Source: Marsupella aquatica
Taxonomy: Eukaryota; Plantae; Marchantiophyta
DNA: 64,000 nt
Direction of reading: 5' to 3'
Assembly: GCA_973895155.1 (NCBI GenBank)
Contig: OZ316893.1
Location: 25,595,520-25,659,519, forward strand
This document shows positions 1 through 13,102 of the stretch, in pieces. Both the position numbers and the translations under genes were made by a program. The notes beneath the pieces were generated by a model. That model ran no database searches and had not been told where the DNA came from. It saw nothing but the letters and a program-made list of their open reading frames with translations. Numbering within the stretch: position 1 is the stretch's first letter; every line of letters begins with the position of its first letter.

Positions 1-371
1 ACCACTTCTACTGTACCTTACTGATCAAGCCGTTTGATGAGCGATTCTTTGGAACTGATTTGGGGCCGAGAAAGATTTTTAGATCGTGCTTCGTACGTTG
101 CAGTGGCACTGGTTGGGTCACTCTGCATCCTGGATTGGAAACTGTAGAGATCTCACAACCCTCAACTTCTTTATGGTGACATCTTTATTCATACTAATGA
201 GTGAAGGCGTTTTCAAACGATGAAGTGCAGTGCGATTGGATCTTCAGTCGAAGAACTACATAGTTCGCATGACATGAGTCCTTAGTACCAGACAAACCAA
301 TCAGGATCGACTCTATTCCACGGCTCGACAAAATTTCAAGGAGTTCCATTACCAGACACACTCGAGACCTC

Positions 372-720
372 GGTTGGTTAAAATCAATGTTCGACTCCTA
401 ATCTCTTGGCCATTTTAGTCCACGAAGGAAGGCAGGGACTCCAATCTAAACATCATAGATTAGTGAGAGTCAATCTTTGACACCTAATCTCTTGCCATGT
501 TAGTCAATGAAGGAAGGCAGGCACTCTTTTTAATATCCTTGATTGGTTAAAATCATTGTTGACACAATCTCTTGGCCATGTTAGTCAATGAAAGAAGGCT
601 GGCACCCCGATCTAAACATCAGAATTGATTGGTTGCTTAACATCAATTATTGACACCTATTCTCTTCCCCAAGTTTATCAATTAAAAGAATAGTACTTTG
701 GCACTTGAATCTAGGCACCA
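372..720. repeat. Degenerate tandem repeat, about 80 bp x about 4
   Basis: Recurring core GGTTAAAATCA..TGACACCTAATCTCTTG(G)CCATGTTAGTCAATGAAGGAAGGC. Confidence 0.7.
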
Positions 721-2675
721 AAGTTGATACTGGCTTGGGTCAAGGAGGAGGCATAATTATGCTGGTTGCTGTCCGGGGAATTGTTTAACCCGTTGGCTTT
801 GGACGTCTTTGGGGCTTTACACCTTATCTTTATCTTTGGGGCTCAATTTGTCATTGTTGGCTGGTCTTTGCAGTTTTTTGGTGTAGCGTGCTATTGCCAA
901 GTTTTTGTCCTTGCTGTCTTCTTTTAGGCAGCTGTGCCTGTTACATTACAGAGAGCTCAAGGGCTCAAGCATCCACTATTTGTCATAGGGCCAAGGAATT
1001 AGGGCTTCTGGACAACTTACTCTTTTGTGACCCTCTTTACCGCGGAGCTTTATGAGGCTTTTGAATAGAATTTTAGTTTGTCCTTGTTGGCTGGTTGTTG
1101 GGGCTCTTGTTGGGGTTTCTGCTTTATTTTCTCCCCATTATTTGGTCTCCTGCCTTTGGGATCTTGACTCTTGGATTGACACTTTTTGTACTTTGACACT
1201 GATATATATATATCAAGCATTGCAGTTTTAGTTTTGTACAATGCATTAGAAGATCTTTGTCTAGAGAAGCAATTGAGGGAGTAGCATAATACTCTGTCAG
1301 GGCTCAGGTCTTAGAAAATTCTGGAGCAGTGCTGAAGGTAATAATTATATCTCTATTTCCATTGGGACCCTCAGGGCTTTTATAAGAAGAACTCTCCCTT
1401 GGGAGGGCTCTACATAACACATATATAGTGCGGACCATTTGGCAACATTTGGATGAAAAACTTGACAATTGACGTTGACAACCAAGACAGGTGTTTTATT
1501 TCAAACATGCAAAGGGGATTTTCAATATCAACTCCAAAAGGCAAGATGCAACTACCAAATATTTAATGGCATCTTTCTTTCTATCCTTGCTTTCTGGTAC
1601 AGGTCACTACCCAATGTATATTTGCATCCACTACAATATTTCAAAGGTAGCCACTAAAGCTCCTAGAGTTAGAGTGGTTGGTCCCAAAGGTGCAGAACTT
1701 GTGGTATTCTCACCCTTTGTCATGGAACCTTGCACAAACTTACCACCCCTCATCTGTTGAACTCTGGTTCTTGCCAGGACTCTAAATTGTTCAATCAACT
1801 GCTGTTATTAACCAGGTCAGTGACCAAGAGAGCTTTGGTCACAAGAAGATTGAAAGACTTTTCCTTGTATTTTCTACTCCATACCACCCAAACCACCCCA
1901 ACCATGGCTACTGTACCCGAGTACATACCAAATGTGTTGAGGTTCTACTACTGGACTTTACAGACTTTGTTTGGTTGGTTATTCGACATTCATTGAACCA
2001 GAGTGGTAACAAATAGTGAGTTTTGTCATTTGTAACAAGTGGGGTGAAGAACTTACACCTAGGTGACATAAACAACCCAGTCCCCATGGTGGTGTAAAGC
2101 ACTGTATATTACACCTTGTGACATGGTCATGCATAGAGCTTGTGTGGGGACTTTACTCATGGCAAGTTGTGAGTTTCTTTAGTGTGGGACCAAGTAGGAT
2201 ACTTTAGGGTGGCAAGTCACTTACAACGATGGGAGGCTTTCCAGGAAGAGAGGTGAGTGACAATCTAATCTACACCATCCGATCTTCCAAGATTCGTTTA
2301 GTACCATTGGGTCAATCTGACAGGCAGGGTCTATGTCTGTCTCAAAGAAGTAACAAAGGTGATGATCTGGTTGAAACAATCTCATTGGCATTTAGAGCTT
2401 CCCCAGAGGTGCTCCTTTTCACCCACTAAATTGTCAAATATATGAACCACATGGAGAGAAATTTGGTGATCACCTTCCCCACTAGTAACTTGTAACTCTA
2501 AATATTACCAAGAAATAACCAAGAAATTAAGGCCTTTGCCAAGCTAGCTTAACATTCAAGGCTCAATTCTCATCAAGTCACATCCAGATTCATTTGAAAG
2601 TATCACAACACTATTTGAGGAATGAGAGTCAGTTGGGGGGCGTGGTGGTTTGTGGGCTCTCCATAGGAACATCAC

Positions 2676-3385
2676 CGCCTCTATTTCTATTGTTTGGGAG
2701 CATCACTCACCAAACCGGTGGACATGCTCTTGGCCACCCCACATCTCTGGGTAAAAGTTGACCAACATCAGCCAATAAAAAGCAGACCATCCTCAACCCA
2801 GTTATGATCACCGTAATTACCTCATTACTAGACGGTTCAGGAGAAGACACAAAGGCACAAACATGAGCTCGAGCTCCACTATTTCTATTGTTTGGGGAGC
2901 ATCACCCACAAAGAGCTCATCTATTTCTATTGTTTGGGGGAGCATCACCCACCAAACCAGTACATGCTCTTAGCCCAAATCTCTGCGTAAAAAATTGACC
3001 AAAATCAGCCAATGAAAACCACACCAACCTGAACCCAGTTAATTAACCACCCGACCCCAGTTACGATCATTGTAATCGCCTCATTACCGGACGGTTCAGG
3101 AGGCGACACGGAGGTCTCTTCTTTGACCGCGTCAAGAAGTGAGGTACAGACTTGAGTTCCTCTATTTCTATTGTTTGGGGAGCATCACCCACCAAACTGG
3201 CAGCCAGGCTCTTATTAGTGAGCCCAAATCTCTGGGTAAAAACTTGACCAAAGTCAGCCAATGAGAACCACACCATCCTGAACCCAGTTAATTAACCACC
3301 TGACCCCAGTTACGATCACCGTAATCGCCTCACTCCCGGACGGTTCAGGAGGCGACACGGAGGTCTCTTCTTTGCCCGCGTCAAG
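2676..3385. repeat. Tandem repeat, about 235 bp x 3, decaying leftward
   Basis: CTATTTCTATTGTTTGGGGAGCATCACCCACCAAAC...CAGCCAATGA...GAACCCAGTTA...GACGGTTCAGGAGGCGACAC repeated three times. Confidence 0.85.
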
Positions 3386-3499
3386 AAGCGAGGGCCCGAG
3401 CGCGAGCTCCCGGTGGGACCGACCGTTGTAAAAGTCCCTCCCCCGGTACATCTCTGCCGTCCGCGTTCCGAATCGACGGTCCGGGGGCGTCGCCGGGTT

Positions 3500-4690
3500 A
3501 CCCTAGGCCGGAGTTAGGGTTTGGTTGTCGGGGCGGAGGAGGGGCAGACAAAGAAGAGGACGACAGAAAGAAAAGAAAGAAAAGGAGCGAAGACGAAGGA
3601 GAAGACGAAGACGAAGGAATGACTCGAATGCTCGCTTTCTGCGTCTCAGCTTTGCTCCAATGCTTCTGCTCTACTACTGCTACTGTACTCTCTCTCCCCC
3701 TCGTGTACTACTAGATCGCTCGCGGCTTTTGATGGCGGGCCGACCTTTTCATGGCTCGTTCGATTGACGCCCTCTTCTTCGTCGTCGTCGTCGGCTTCGG
3801 GTGCAGCGCGCGATTGGATTGATTAATGGTCAATGCGGAGTCGAGCGGAGGAAGAAGGCGAGATTCCACCAGTTTTTTTTTTTTTTTGGGGGTTGTTTTC
3901 TATTGATCTCGTTTGAGCGGGGCGGTGCTCAGTTTGCGCCTGTGACGGACGGAGGGACGGCACAGGAAAAGGGAGTCGACGTATTGACGAGAGCGCGAGG
4001 CGACGAGGCGAGGGATTTAGATTTGTTATATGCTGTAAATATTTATGCCCGGGAGTGATTTAGGCGTGGGCTATTACGACGACGAGGACGTTGACAAATC
4101 AGGAGGAGGAGGTGTGTAGGAGGAGGAGGAGGAGGAGGCCGAGGAGCAGCAGTGCGGGCGAAGTAAGTGCGGGCGAACCAATCTGCCAATTCAAATGTTT
4201 GAATTTGGATTCCTCGCTTCTTCGCTGCAGCTCGTCGCAGAGTTTTGGAACGACGAGACGAAAGAAGGATCGAACGCACAAGCGGAGGAGCACGCGAACG
4301 AGCGAACGAGCGAGCAGGAGAGTCGGGACGAGGTGAGAAGGGAGAAAGAGAGTGGCACGACGACGAGCAGGCTTGGTCGGGAGCGGTGGTGTCGAATGAA
4401 GGGAGAGTGAGATTTGGGAGGGAGCAAGTGCATGGCTGAGGAGCCGTGTGGGAAGATATTGTGCCTAGCAAATGTGCGGGTGCTTGCAACCGGTTTTTCC
4501 AAGGCCTGCCTGCTTGTCTGCCATGAGCGCGGTGCCGATATGATGTAAGGCTCTGTTTCGAGGGATAAAGATTCAGTGAGGCTAACCCTGGCCTCCTCGC
4601 GGGAGTGCAGATTGAGGGGAAGGAGGAAGTCATTTGTTTGGTTGATTTGGAGGCGAAGGAAGAAGGCAAAGGAAGCTTAGCGGATGTGAT
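3500..4690. promoter_or_regulatory. Probable bidirectional promoter and 5' UTR region between the left minus-strand transcript and the SNF2 gene
   Basis: GC-rich region with a telo-box-like TTAGGGTTT (~3514), GA/CT-rich tracts and (GGA)n tracts upstream of the SNF2 ATG at 4696. Confidence 0.4.
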
Positions 4691-4695
4691 GTGGG

Positions 4696-7600
4696 ATGGC
4701 GGGAGGAGAGTTGGAACTGCACGAGAAGCCCGCGGTGGCCGCAATTGGAGGCTGTAGTGGGGTAGGTAATCTGGGGCATGGGCCACTGAAGAATGGTTTC
4801 AAGGTGATGGCCCCTGCCGAAGTCTTGTTGCAGAGCGTGGGGGTGGACTCGAACGGAAATCTGAAGAGAAATGTGGAACAACAACGGGGAAAGGCCACGG
4901 CGGAAGAGGTCGTCGTTGATAAAGGGGGGACGATTAAGGACACGGAATTGACGAAGCTAGTGGTAGACACGCAACAGGAGAAGGGGTTTTCCAAAAGACA
5001 GGTTCATGATTTGAAGGCGCTCTTGCAGGCCTTGACGTTAATCTCTCGGAACCTGCCTCTCCCGGGCGCGCTGTTGGGCGAAGTTCAATCCATCAGCGAT
5101 CCTAAGAACGTCTCTGGGCGACAGAAGGGTGTCAATGGAGATATACAGGTTTCTTTCTGCACTCTTTGTCATGCTGGAGATGTGGAATTAGGTTTCTGGA
5201 AGAATTTGCTGCCTCCTCTGTGAGAATTTGCAGAGGTTCAGGAGTCTAAATTATGGCCTGCTTTTGTTGGATTTACTGAGTGCATTCCGTCCCCATACCC
5301 TAACTTCTCTGCATAGGTTTTACGAAGGCTTTATAATGGCTTCATTAGTACGAGACTTGGAGTTCGCCCTCAAACGCTGGAAGGGTGCATAAGCCTCTTG
5401 TACTATAGGATTTTGGAAGTCTGCTTTAGATCGGCAACCTTTCCAATGACATTAATTAAAAGTGACGGAAGCCTTCATACCTTATCTACTGAGGGCATCT
5501 TTCACGGCTGCGTCCTGGGACGTGACCTCTGCTTCTCCATTGAAAGGGGACGATCGATTTGTAGCTCTTATAGCTGTTTGGGATTCAGATCTTGGTCGAC
5601 CGGGGCTTGGGCATAGATCCTACGCGCTTCTACATCGCATTCTATATATTCATGGCTAAAATTTGTCTGCGTTTTTTCTAACCCGGGTTAGAAAAAAATG
5701 ATTTCTGTAATCTCGGGAGACGATGACCCCAATCAGCCTATCCTTCAGTACAGAGAAAAGTTTTTCTTGCTATGTTTCGCCAAAGCATCGTGCTTTGAGC
5801 CGTTCTTCCTCAAACAAGTATTTGACTTTGCAAATGTGACACCAAGTGTAAACGTCATGGTAGTCTGTCCCAATATCGAGCATTAATTTGAAATTTTCCT
5901 GCTGATGCCAGTTTGGACATACTAGTACAACCTTAAGGTGGACTCGTCCATCACATTTGTCTGACGAAGCTCCTAGGGTTCGTTGAACAGGGCCCTACCT
6001 TAGTTCAAGCATGTTGCCTTTTACCTTCCCAAGGTAGATGTTCGAAAGAAGGGCAAAGGTGTGTTGACCTGGGTCAGATTTTTGATTGACAGGCATCTCA
6101 AAATGGAGAAGTGGACAACCATGAATCACACGAGGTTCCTACCCAAATCTCAAACGGGACGACACATTCCCCTCTGTTGGTGAAGGACAAGGATTTTGCA
6201 ACATGTACCAGCGATTACGGGGTCATCAAAGGAAAGGGTACGGTTAGCATCAAGTAGAGTAGATTCCTTGTATATCAATGTGGTCTGTGTGATGGCCATT
6301 ATCGCTCAAGAGGCAAGAAATTTCTGGCCATTACTTACCACTGTTTTGCTGCTAAGAGGAGATAAGGAAACAGGTTATAAGACAAGTGGGTATGAAAGGA
6401 ATATGGATAAACTTGCAGTCTTGTAGCTTTGCATTTCATTCCACCTTTACTCTACAGTTTCATTTTTTCAGTTGTGATGACATGAAAGAGGTGTTATCTA
6501 TCGCAGGTGAGACAAACCATGTTCGAAGTGACAGCGAGAACAATGCTCTGCCATGTGCTTATATAGAAGATTCAGATGATGTCCTCAAGGTTCGCAACCC
6601 ACCTTTAAACTTTTCACTAGATCCAGGTACAGCTATAGGCTGTTCGGCCTTCGTAAGTAGAAGGGAGCGTGTTCTGGGCCATCAATACCAATCTGATTAT
6701 TGTCTGGGACTCGCACAGGAGATTCACTTCTGTTTCGAATTTCTGCAGGTGGAAGTCTTTGAAGGTGATGCAGGGAAGCTTCTTACTGAGTTTGAGGACG
6801 CTGTCGCTGCACAGCGGCCACGCTTCATGTCAGCAGCAACCTTGAGGGAGGAGAAGGATCGCCGTGTTCAAAGTCAACTGGCGAATCGGATCCATGAGCT
6901 GGAAGGTAAGCGATTGCTCAGCGCCCCTGTAATAAATCCCTCGTTTCGGTTGTTTCGGGCTCAACGGGCTCTCACAAGATTCATATTAACCTTTGCTGCC
7001 TTGGCATAATGGGACAGATGTACAGACAGATGATAGTGAAGATGTTCTTCTCAAAAAGTTACTCGAGTCACATACTCTGAAGGTAAGTGATCCTTGCCCA
7101 TTCTAAGACAAAAGCAATAGGAGAAATGGGTAGGGACCTCCACTGTTGCAGCTATTTGGACCACTCTCGGTCTTGTCTGTTGTCAGGAGCTTATATTACT
7201 GCCTTGCTAAACTCCATCGTCCCCCATTGGCAATTGATGAATACCTCATCATTTGCCATATGCCTCATTCTTTTATGGAGAATTGTTTCCTTTACTGCTC
7301 GTATTCTTTTCCCGAGTCTCTTGATTACTGGGTGTCAATAGCTTCCGCCCTTTTGGCCCTTTCTGCACTTCTTGGCACCTTGTCTTCCACGGGAGATACG
7401 CTAGGCCGCGATCACGGATTCCAAACCATATCGTTTGATCTTCAAAAATTGCAAATATCCAGCCTTGTCTTTTGGCCAAAGAAGATATGTGCTATTTTTT
7501 AGGCTGTTAACTCCCACCTTTCCTCCAGTGTATCTACATTGGATTAAGACTTACGTGCTTTTCTCCCTTGGTGTATGGAGCAGCTATTAGGTCTACAAAT

Positions 7601-10600
7601 GAAAGTCCGAACAGAGGTGGTCGCTGAGCTGCATTTGCGAGAGATGTGTGCACGGCCAGATACAACTCTGTTTGACTGGGGCCTCATGCGCATCCGAAGG
7701 CCTACGAGTTCTCCGTCCGGGTTTGATGCTTCTGTTATTGCTGGTGTCCCTCCAACGGATTCTGATGAAAGACTCCGTAGGAAAAGAAAAGCAGAGGTTT
7801 GTGTCTTTTCCTGATTGATACAATACAAGTTGGTCCCGTTGAAGGTGCCTTGTCGAAAGGTTCTAGCGACAGATAACCGAGTATTCTCTTTCTGTTTACA
7901 GAGACAAAGAAGGATGGAAGAAGAAGAGAAGGCAAGGATTACCACGCGAAAAAGGAAGTTTTTCAATGAGTTGCTGAACCTAGTCCGAGAATTTCAGTTG
8001 TATGGGCAAGCTGGTGCTAGGCGGCGGAAACAACGAAATGATGGTGTTCAGGTTGGGGCCCTCTCATTTCTTGATTAAGGTTACAGTGCACTCTAGTTTC
8101 TTTAATCTGTTTGGCTGTCAACTATGTTGCTGAAGAGTTTTTACTCGTGCATCTGACTCTTCTTCACTGCTTTAATACAGGCCTGGCATACAAAGCAGAG
8201 GCAACGAGTGTCACGGGCAGAGAGGTTGCGATTCCAGGCATTAAAAGCGGACGATCAAGAGGCTTACATGCGCATGGTGGAGGAGAGCAAGAATGAGCGC
8301 TTGACAACGCTTCTCTCAAAGACAGATGAGCTCTTACAGCGGCTTGGGGCCATGGTGCAGATCCAGAAAGATGCAGACCCAGAAGATAAATTGAAGAAGG
8401 AGAAAGTGAAGGACAAAGTCAAAGAGATAGGTCTAGAACCGTTGATTGGGAATTCCGGAGACAGGGAAGAAGCCAATGGCCGGGTGCCAGAGGAGATTGC
8501 CTCTAGGGCCATAGATGGTGAAAGTAGGATCCATGGCTCCAAGGAGGCAGTGTCTCCAGAAGCTGACGATGAAATGAGTGATCCTGAGTTGGATGCTTCG
8601 GGAAAGAAAAGGGACTTAATGGAAGGACAACGCCAATACAACTCCGCTGTCCACTCTATTGAGGAGCAGGTCAGATCACGCTATATTTCAGGCTGTTGTG
8701 ATTAATAGTTCATATCCCTCCGTCATGATGCGATGCTGAGTTCGTCCCTCGAGTGTCATTCCGGTTGCGACCACCTTCCTTTGAACCTGCATTCCTCTGG
8801 GAACGAGGCTCCTGCGTTCTTTGTATATTTTCAATTGGAAGAAGGGTCCCAGAGCTCATGCACAGGCACTCTGTCACTTTGAGTCTACTAACTTCGCAGG
8901 TGATGTGTCAATGAGATTGATAGATCTCCAAGGAGCCAGGCTGATCCGGGGAACAGAATAGAGAAATAGGAGTGAATACTGATGATAAGAGCAACGTGTA
9001 TGAATGAGAAGAGTCAACGTATTTCATATATATTGACCATTTGCATTTGTCATAAACTGACAGGTGACAGAACAGCCAGCAATGTTGGAAGGTGGACAGT
9101 TGCGTCAATATCAGATTGAAGGCTTGCAATGGATGCTCTCACTCTACAATAACAATCTCAATGGCATTCTGGCGGATGAGATGGGTCTAGGGAAAACTAT
9201 TCAAACAATAGCCCTACTTGCTTATCTGATCGAACAGAAAGGCTTGCAAGGACCACATATCATCATCGCTCCAAAAGCGGTCTTACCTAACTGGGCACAC
9301 GAGTTCAAAACATGGGCTCCAAGGTAATTGGGTGCTAATGACGGGCTCGTCGGTCTACAGTGTAGATTGCCTTTCGGTTGTCCAGTCAGGGTGACCACCT
9401 TATCCATAAATTAGATATCAGGGAAGAATTGTGCCTACTTGGTCTTTATATCTGGTGGAGCCTTTTTGAGCATATCTTCCATAGCAGGTGGAAGAGTTTT
9501 TTTGTTTCGGTTGGGCATTGGAGTTTGGAACTGACGTTTGCATCTGTTTTGCATCGGCATTGGCCTCCTGATTTGAGCAATATAATAAATAAAATCTACT
9601 AGTATAACAAGACATGTCTGCTGTTTGTAGTATTGCAAAACACAATGCGATTTTTTACATTTCAAAATTGTTTGATGACATGAAAGATTGTAGTCTCTCA
9701 CTGGGGCTAAGAATTTCAGCTTTCGTCTGGGTAGTGAATTAATCTTACCGAAGTATACCACGGACTGAAGTCAATTATCTCGAAAACGTTGGACATGCAA
9801 GTTCTGGTGTCAATGAACAAGTATTTTGTTATTGCTTCTTCAGTATGGTGGCAGTGCTCTATGATGGACGAATTGAAGACAGGAAGGCTATGCGAGAGGA
9901 GTACTGCGATGAGACAAAGTTTAATGTCCTGGTGACTCACTATGATCTGATTATGCGGGACAAGGCATTCCTCAAGAAGATTAGATGGCATTACATGATT
10001 GTCGATGAAGGGCATCGCCTGAAGAATCATGACTGCATGCTTTCCCGAACCCTTGTGAATGGGTAAGCTGTCATTGTCTGGTTAAGGCTACCATTGACAC
10101 TTGCAATGGTACATTTGAATAGTCTGAATATTTTAAGAAGTGGAAGATTTATGGAGCATGAATGCCAATAAGCTACACTAGTGATCCGCCACCTGCTTCG
10201 TGTAGAAACTCTTGCTTGGTAAATGATGTTCCCTCAGCAGTGACAGAATCAAGATGTGCATTAGCTCAGATTTGTGGTGATTTCTGTCTAATCTTGCAGG
10301 TACCACATAAGGCGACGGCTACTTTTGACCGGAACTCCGATTCAAAACAGCTTATCAGAGTTGTGGTCGTTACTGAATTTTTTGCTGCCAGCAATTTTTA
10401 ATTCAAGTTCAAATTTTGAGGAGTGGTTCAATGCTCCCTTTGCCGACCGTTCAGAGGTGTCTCTTTCTGATGAAGAACAGTTGCTCGTTATTCGCCGTTT
10501 GCATCAGGTTGGAGCTCGTTCCTTACAAGTCAGGAGTATTTGGCTTGTGTAGGGCAGATGGAAGGTTTTATTGTTTTTTTATCGAACATTGCGACATGTT

Positions 10601-13102
10601 GTCATATACTGAATGCGTTGGGAATGCTTTATGTCAGATTCGATTTTGTTCGCAGTCTGCCCATCACCTAGAAAGTATGAGTTGTTCCTTAGGTCCATTT
10701 TCATAGCCCTACGACACAGGGACAACAAGGTGCCATGTCCACCCTTTTCAATAATTGAATCAGGTTGGGCCTGTCCAGGGTGCAGTTGTCAAGTGGAATG
10801 CGCTCGGAAACATCTTACCTTGTATTTCTAAATTTTATATTCTGGCGAGAGTGTATTTAACACCATTTCTATTTTCATGGATGAATTTTGAACCAGGTTA
10901 TTCGCCCGTTTTTGTTGAGGAGGAAGAAGGCAGAGGTGGAGAAGTTCTTACCTGGCAAGACACAAGTCATTTTGAAGTGCGATCTCTCTGCGTGGCAACG
11001 ATTGTATTACCAGCAGGTCATAGATTCTGGGCGTGTGGGGCTTGACTCAGGTACATAATTGGCAAACACGATATTTGACTTGCCGGCTGTGCAGAGGAGC
11101 TGTATGCTTGTGATAATCTAGGCTAATAATAGGCGTCAGTCTTTTGTGAGATTTGCTTTTGAATTCTGTGTTTTTGGGGTGGGGTTGCGCGTTGCCGCAT
11201 GGCGCACGTTGCCTTAAGTCATGTCGTGAAGTGTTGCAGCGCCTTTTTAGAGCAACATACGAACTTATCAAAGAAATGGTACTTACTCTTCACAACGTTA
11301 CAGGTTCAGGAAAATCACGTGGACTGCAGAATACTGCTATGCAGTTGAGGAAATGTTGCAATCATCCATTCCTCTTTCTGGAAGGAGGAGATTACAATTC
11401 TCGTTTGGGGAACCTTATTGTGAGGGCCTCTGGAAAATTTGAATTACTAGATCGCCTCTTGCCGAAGTTGCGGAAGACAGGGCACCGTGTCTTGCTATTT
11501 TCCCAAATGACTCGGTTAATGGATGTTCTGGAAGATTATCTGGAATGGCAGGGTTATAAGTATCTTCGCCTGGATGGCACAACCAAGACCGAGGAACGAG
11601 GAACGCTTCTCAAGAAATTCAATGCGCCGGATTCTCCTTATTTCATGTTTCTTCTTAGCACCCGAGCTGGAGGGCTTGGCCTGAACTTGCAAACTGCAGA
11701 TACTGTCATCATCTTTGATAGTGATTGGAACCCTCAGATGGATCAGCAGGCGGAAGACCGCGCGCATCGAATTGGGCAGAAGAAGGAGGTTAGGGTATTT
11801 GTTTTGGTTAGCGTGGGTTCCATTGAAGAGGAGATCCTGGAGCGGGCCAAGTCAAAGATGGGTATTGATGCCAAGGTCATTCAAGCTGGCCTGTTCAATA
11901 CCACCTCCACTGGTAAGATTGCTTTATCGAGTCAAGACTCCGATTTGAAATGCTTTCTATCAAGTCTGGGAGAGAATGAGATATGTATTGGACCCTTTCT
12001 TGGGTCTCTGAGGCAGGTCACTGCTTGGAGTTAAATAGAGTCACAGGTTGCAGTAGTATTGCACTTCATTGAACGAGGTGGTGCAATGTGTTGTATATAT
12101 TTCAAGTTAGTCCGGAAGCTCAATCTCCTACCAGTGCTGTTTCTCTTGTACCATGTTTTTATGAAGCGGAAAATGATTTTATGGGTATGCCATCCAATTT
12201 TCGACCTCTTTTTCATGTGGATCTTTCCAGTTACTTGAATTGACATTGCTTACAACTTTTCTGATTCAGCTCAAGAGCGGAGGGAAATGCTCGAGGAGAT
12301 CATGCGCCGCGGGGCAGATGCTTTGGGAGCAGATGTTCCAAGTGAGAGAGAGATAAACCGTTTGGCTGCACGCTCTGAGGGAGAGTTCGAAGTATTTGAA
12401 GAGATGGATGAGATTAGACGGAAGGAGGAAGGGTACCGAGGAAGGCTAATGGAGGAATATGAATTACCTGACTGGGTCTTCCTTGGCTCGGAACACTCAA
12501 AGGCTGCCCAAGCAGAACAAAATGCCAAGGCGGCCGATGCAATTATCCTTTCTGAAAAACGTAAGAGAAAGGAAGTCTTATACACAGATGTACTTAGTGA
12601 CTCACAGTGGATGAAGGCTATAGAGGATGGAGAGGATATGCTGGAGGCAGTGAAGACACAGCTATTCAAAAGAATGAAGAAAACGGAAGTTGAGGTCAAT
12701 GGTGTGGACGAAGATGGGGCCTGCCATGAGGAAGAGGAGGAGCTTGATATGCATGGCAATAAGGTTGACAACCCAGTAGGAAAAGGAAGGTTTATCGAGG
12801 GAGATTCAGACGATGAGGCCATTGGAGCCAAGACTCCAGCAAAAGGGAAGCCCAAGGGGGAGGGAAGTACTAAGGGGAAGGAGAGGTTAGCTAGGAGATT
12901 TTCTGCTGTTCACCAGGAATCTGTTAGGGTTACTGTCAGGGAAGGAGGTGCGGTTAAGTTTCTGCAGGGTAATTCCGATACTTGGAAAGGTATGAAGAGA
13001 AAAAGGTCAAGGCCCAAGGAAGATGACAGTGTAAGTGAGAATCGCAAGGAAATTAGATCCGAGTTAGAAGATGGAACTGATGAAGGCTCACAGCTCTTGT
13101 GA
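4696..13102 (+). CDS. CHR12: SNF2-family chromatin-remodelling ATPase, CHR12/CHR23 (MINUSCULE)-like, about 1345 aa, 14 exons
   Basis: Phase-consistent GT-AG exons: 4696-5148, 6093-6237, 6507-6589, 6749-6905, 7018-7082, 7584-7796, 7902-8051, 8181-8669, 9064-9323, 9844-10062, 10300-10507, 10897-11050, 11304-11912, 12270-13102. Motifs: [73 protein letters not shown]; [21 protein letters not shown] as in CHR12/23; SnAC-like region; no bromodomain seen. Exons 2-3 are the least certain. Confidence 0.93.

Larger units (their letters stand above)
22..3451 (-). other. Possible 5' part of a minus-strand spliced gene running off the left edge (putative first exon about 3300-3451 or longer, putative exon about 22-141)
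   Basis: Pyrimidine-rich leader on the - strand (3550-3620) and a telo-box-like TTAGGGTTT near 3514. ATG ORF MYRGRDFYNGRSHRELALGPS... at 3451. A segment at about 22-141 is bounded on the - strand by CTCTACAG (acceptor) and GTAAGG (donor) and is open in two frames. Product not recognised. Confidence 0.3.

Noticed and set aside
3680-3700. CTGTACTCTCTCTC resembling the miR529 complement
   Set aside because: Only a partial match in low-complexity CT sequence, with no convincing precursor hairpin.
4043-4786. 247-aa minus-strand ORF and other long antisense ORFs (12271-12855, 57472-58356, 62531-63812)
   Set aside because: Low-complexity or shadow frames of real genes and GC-rich leaders, with no recognisable motifs.
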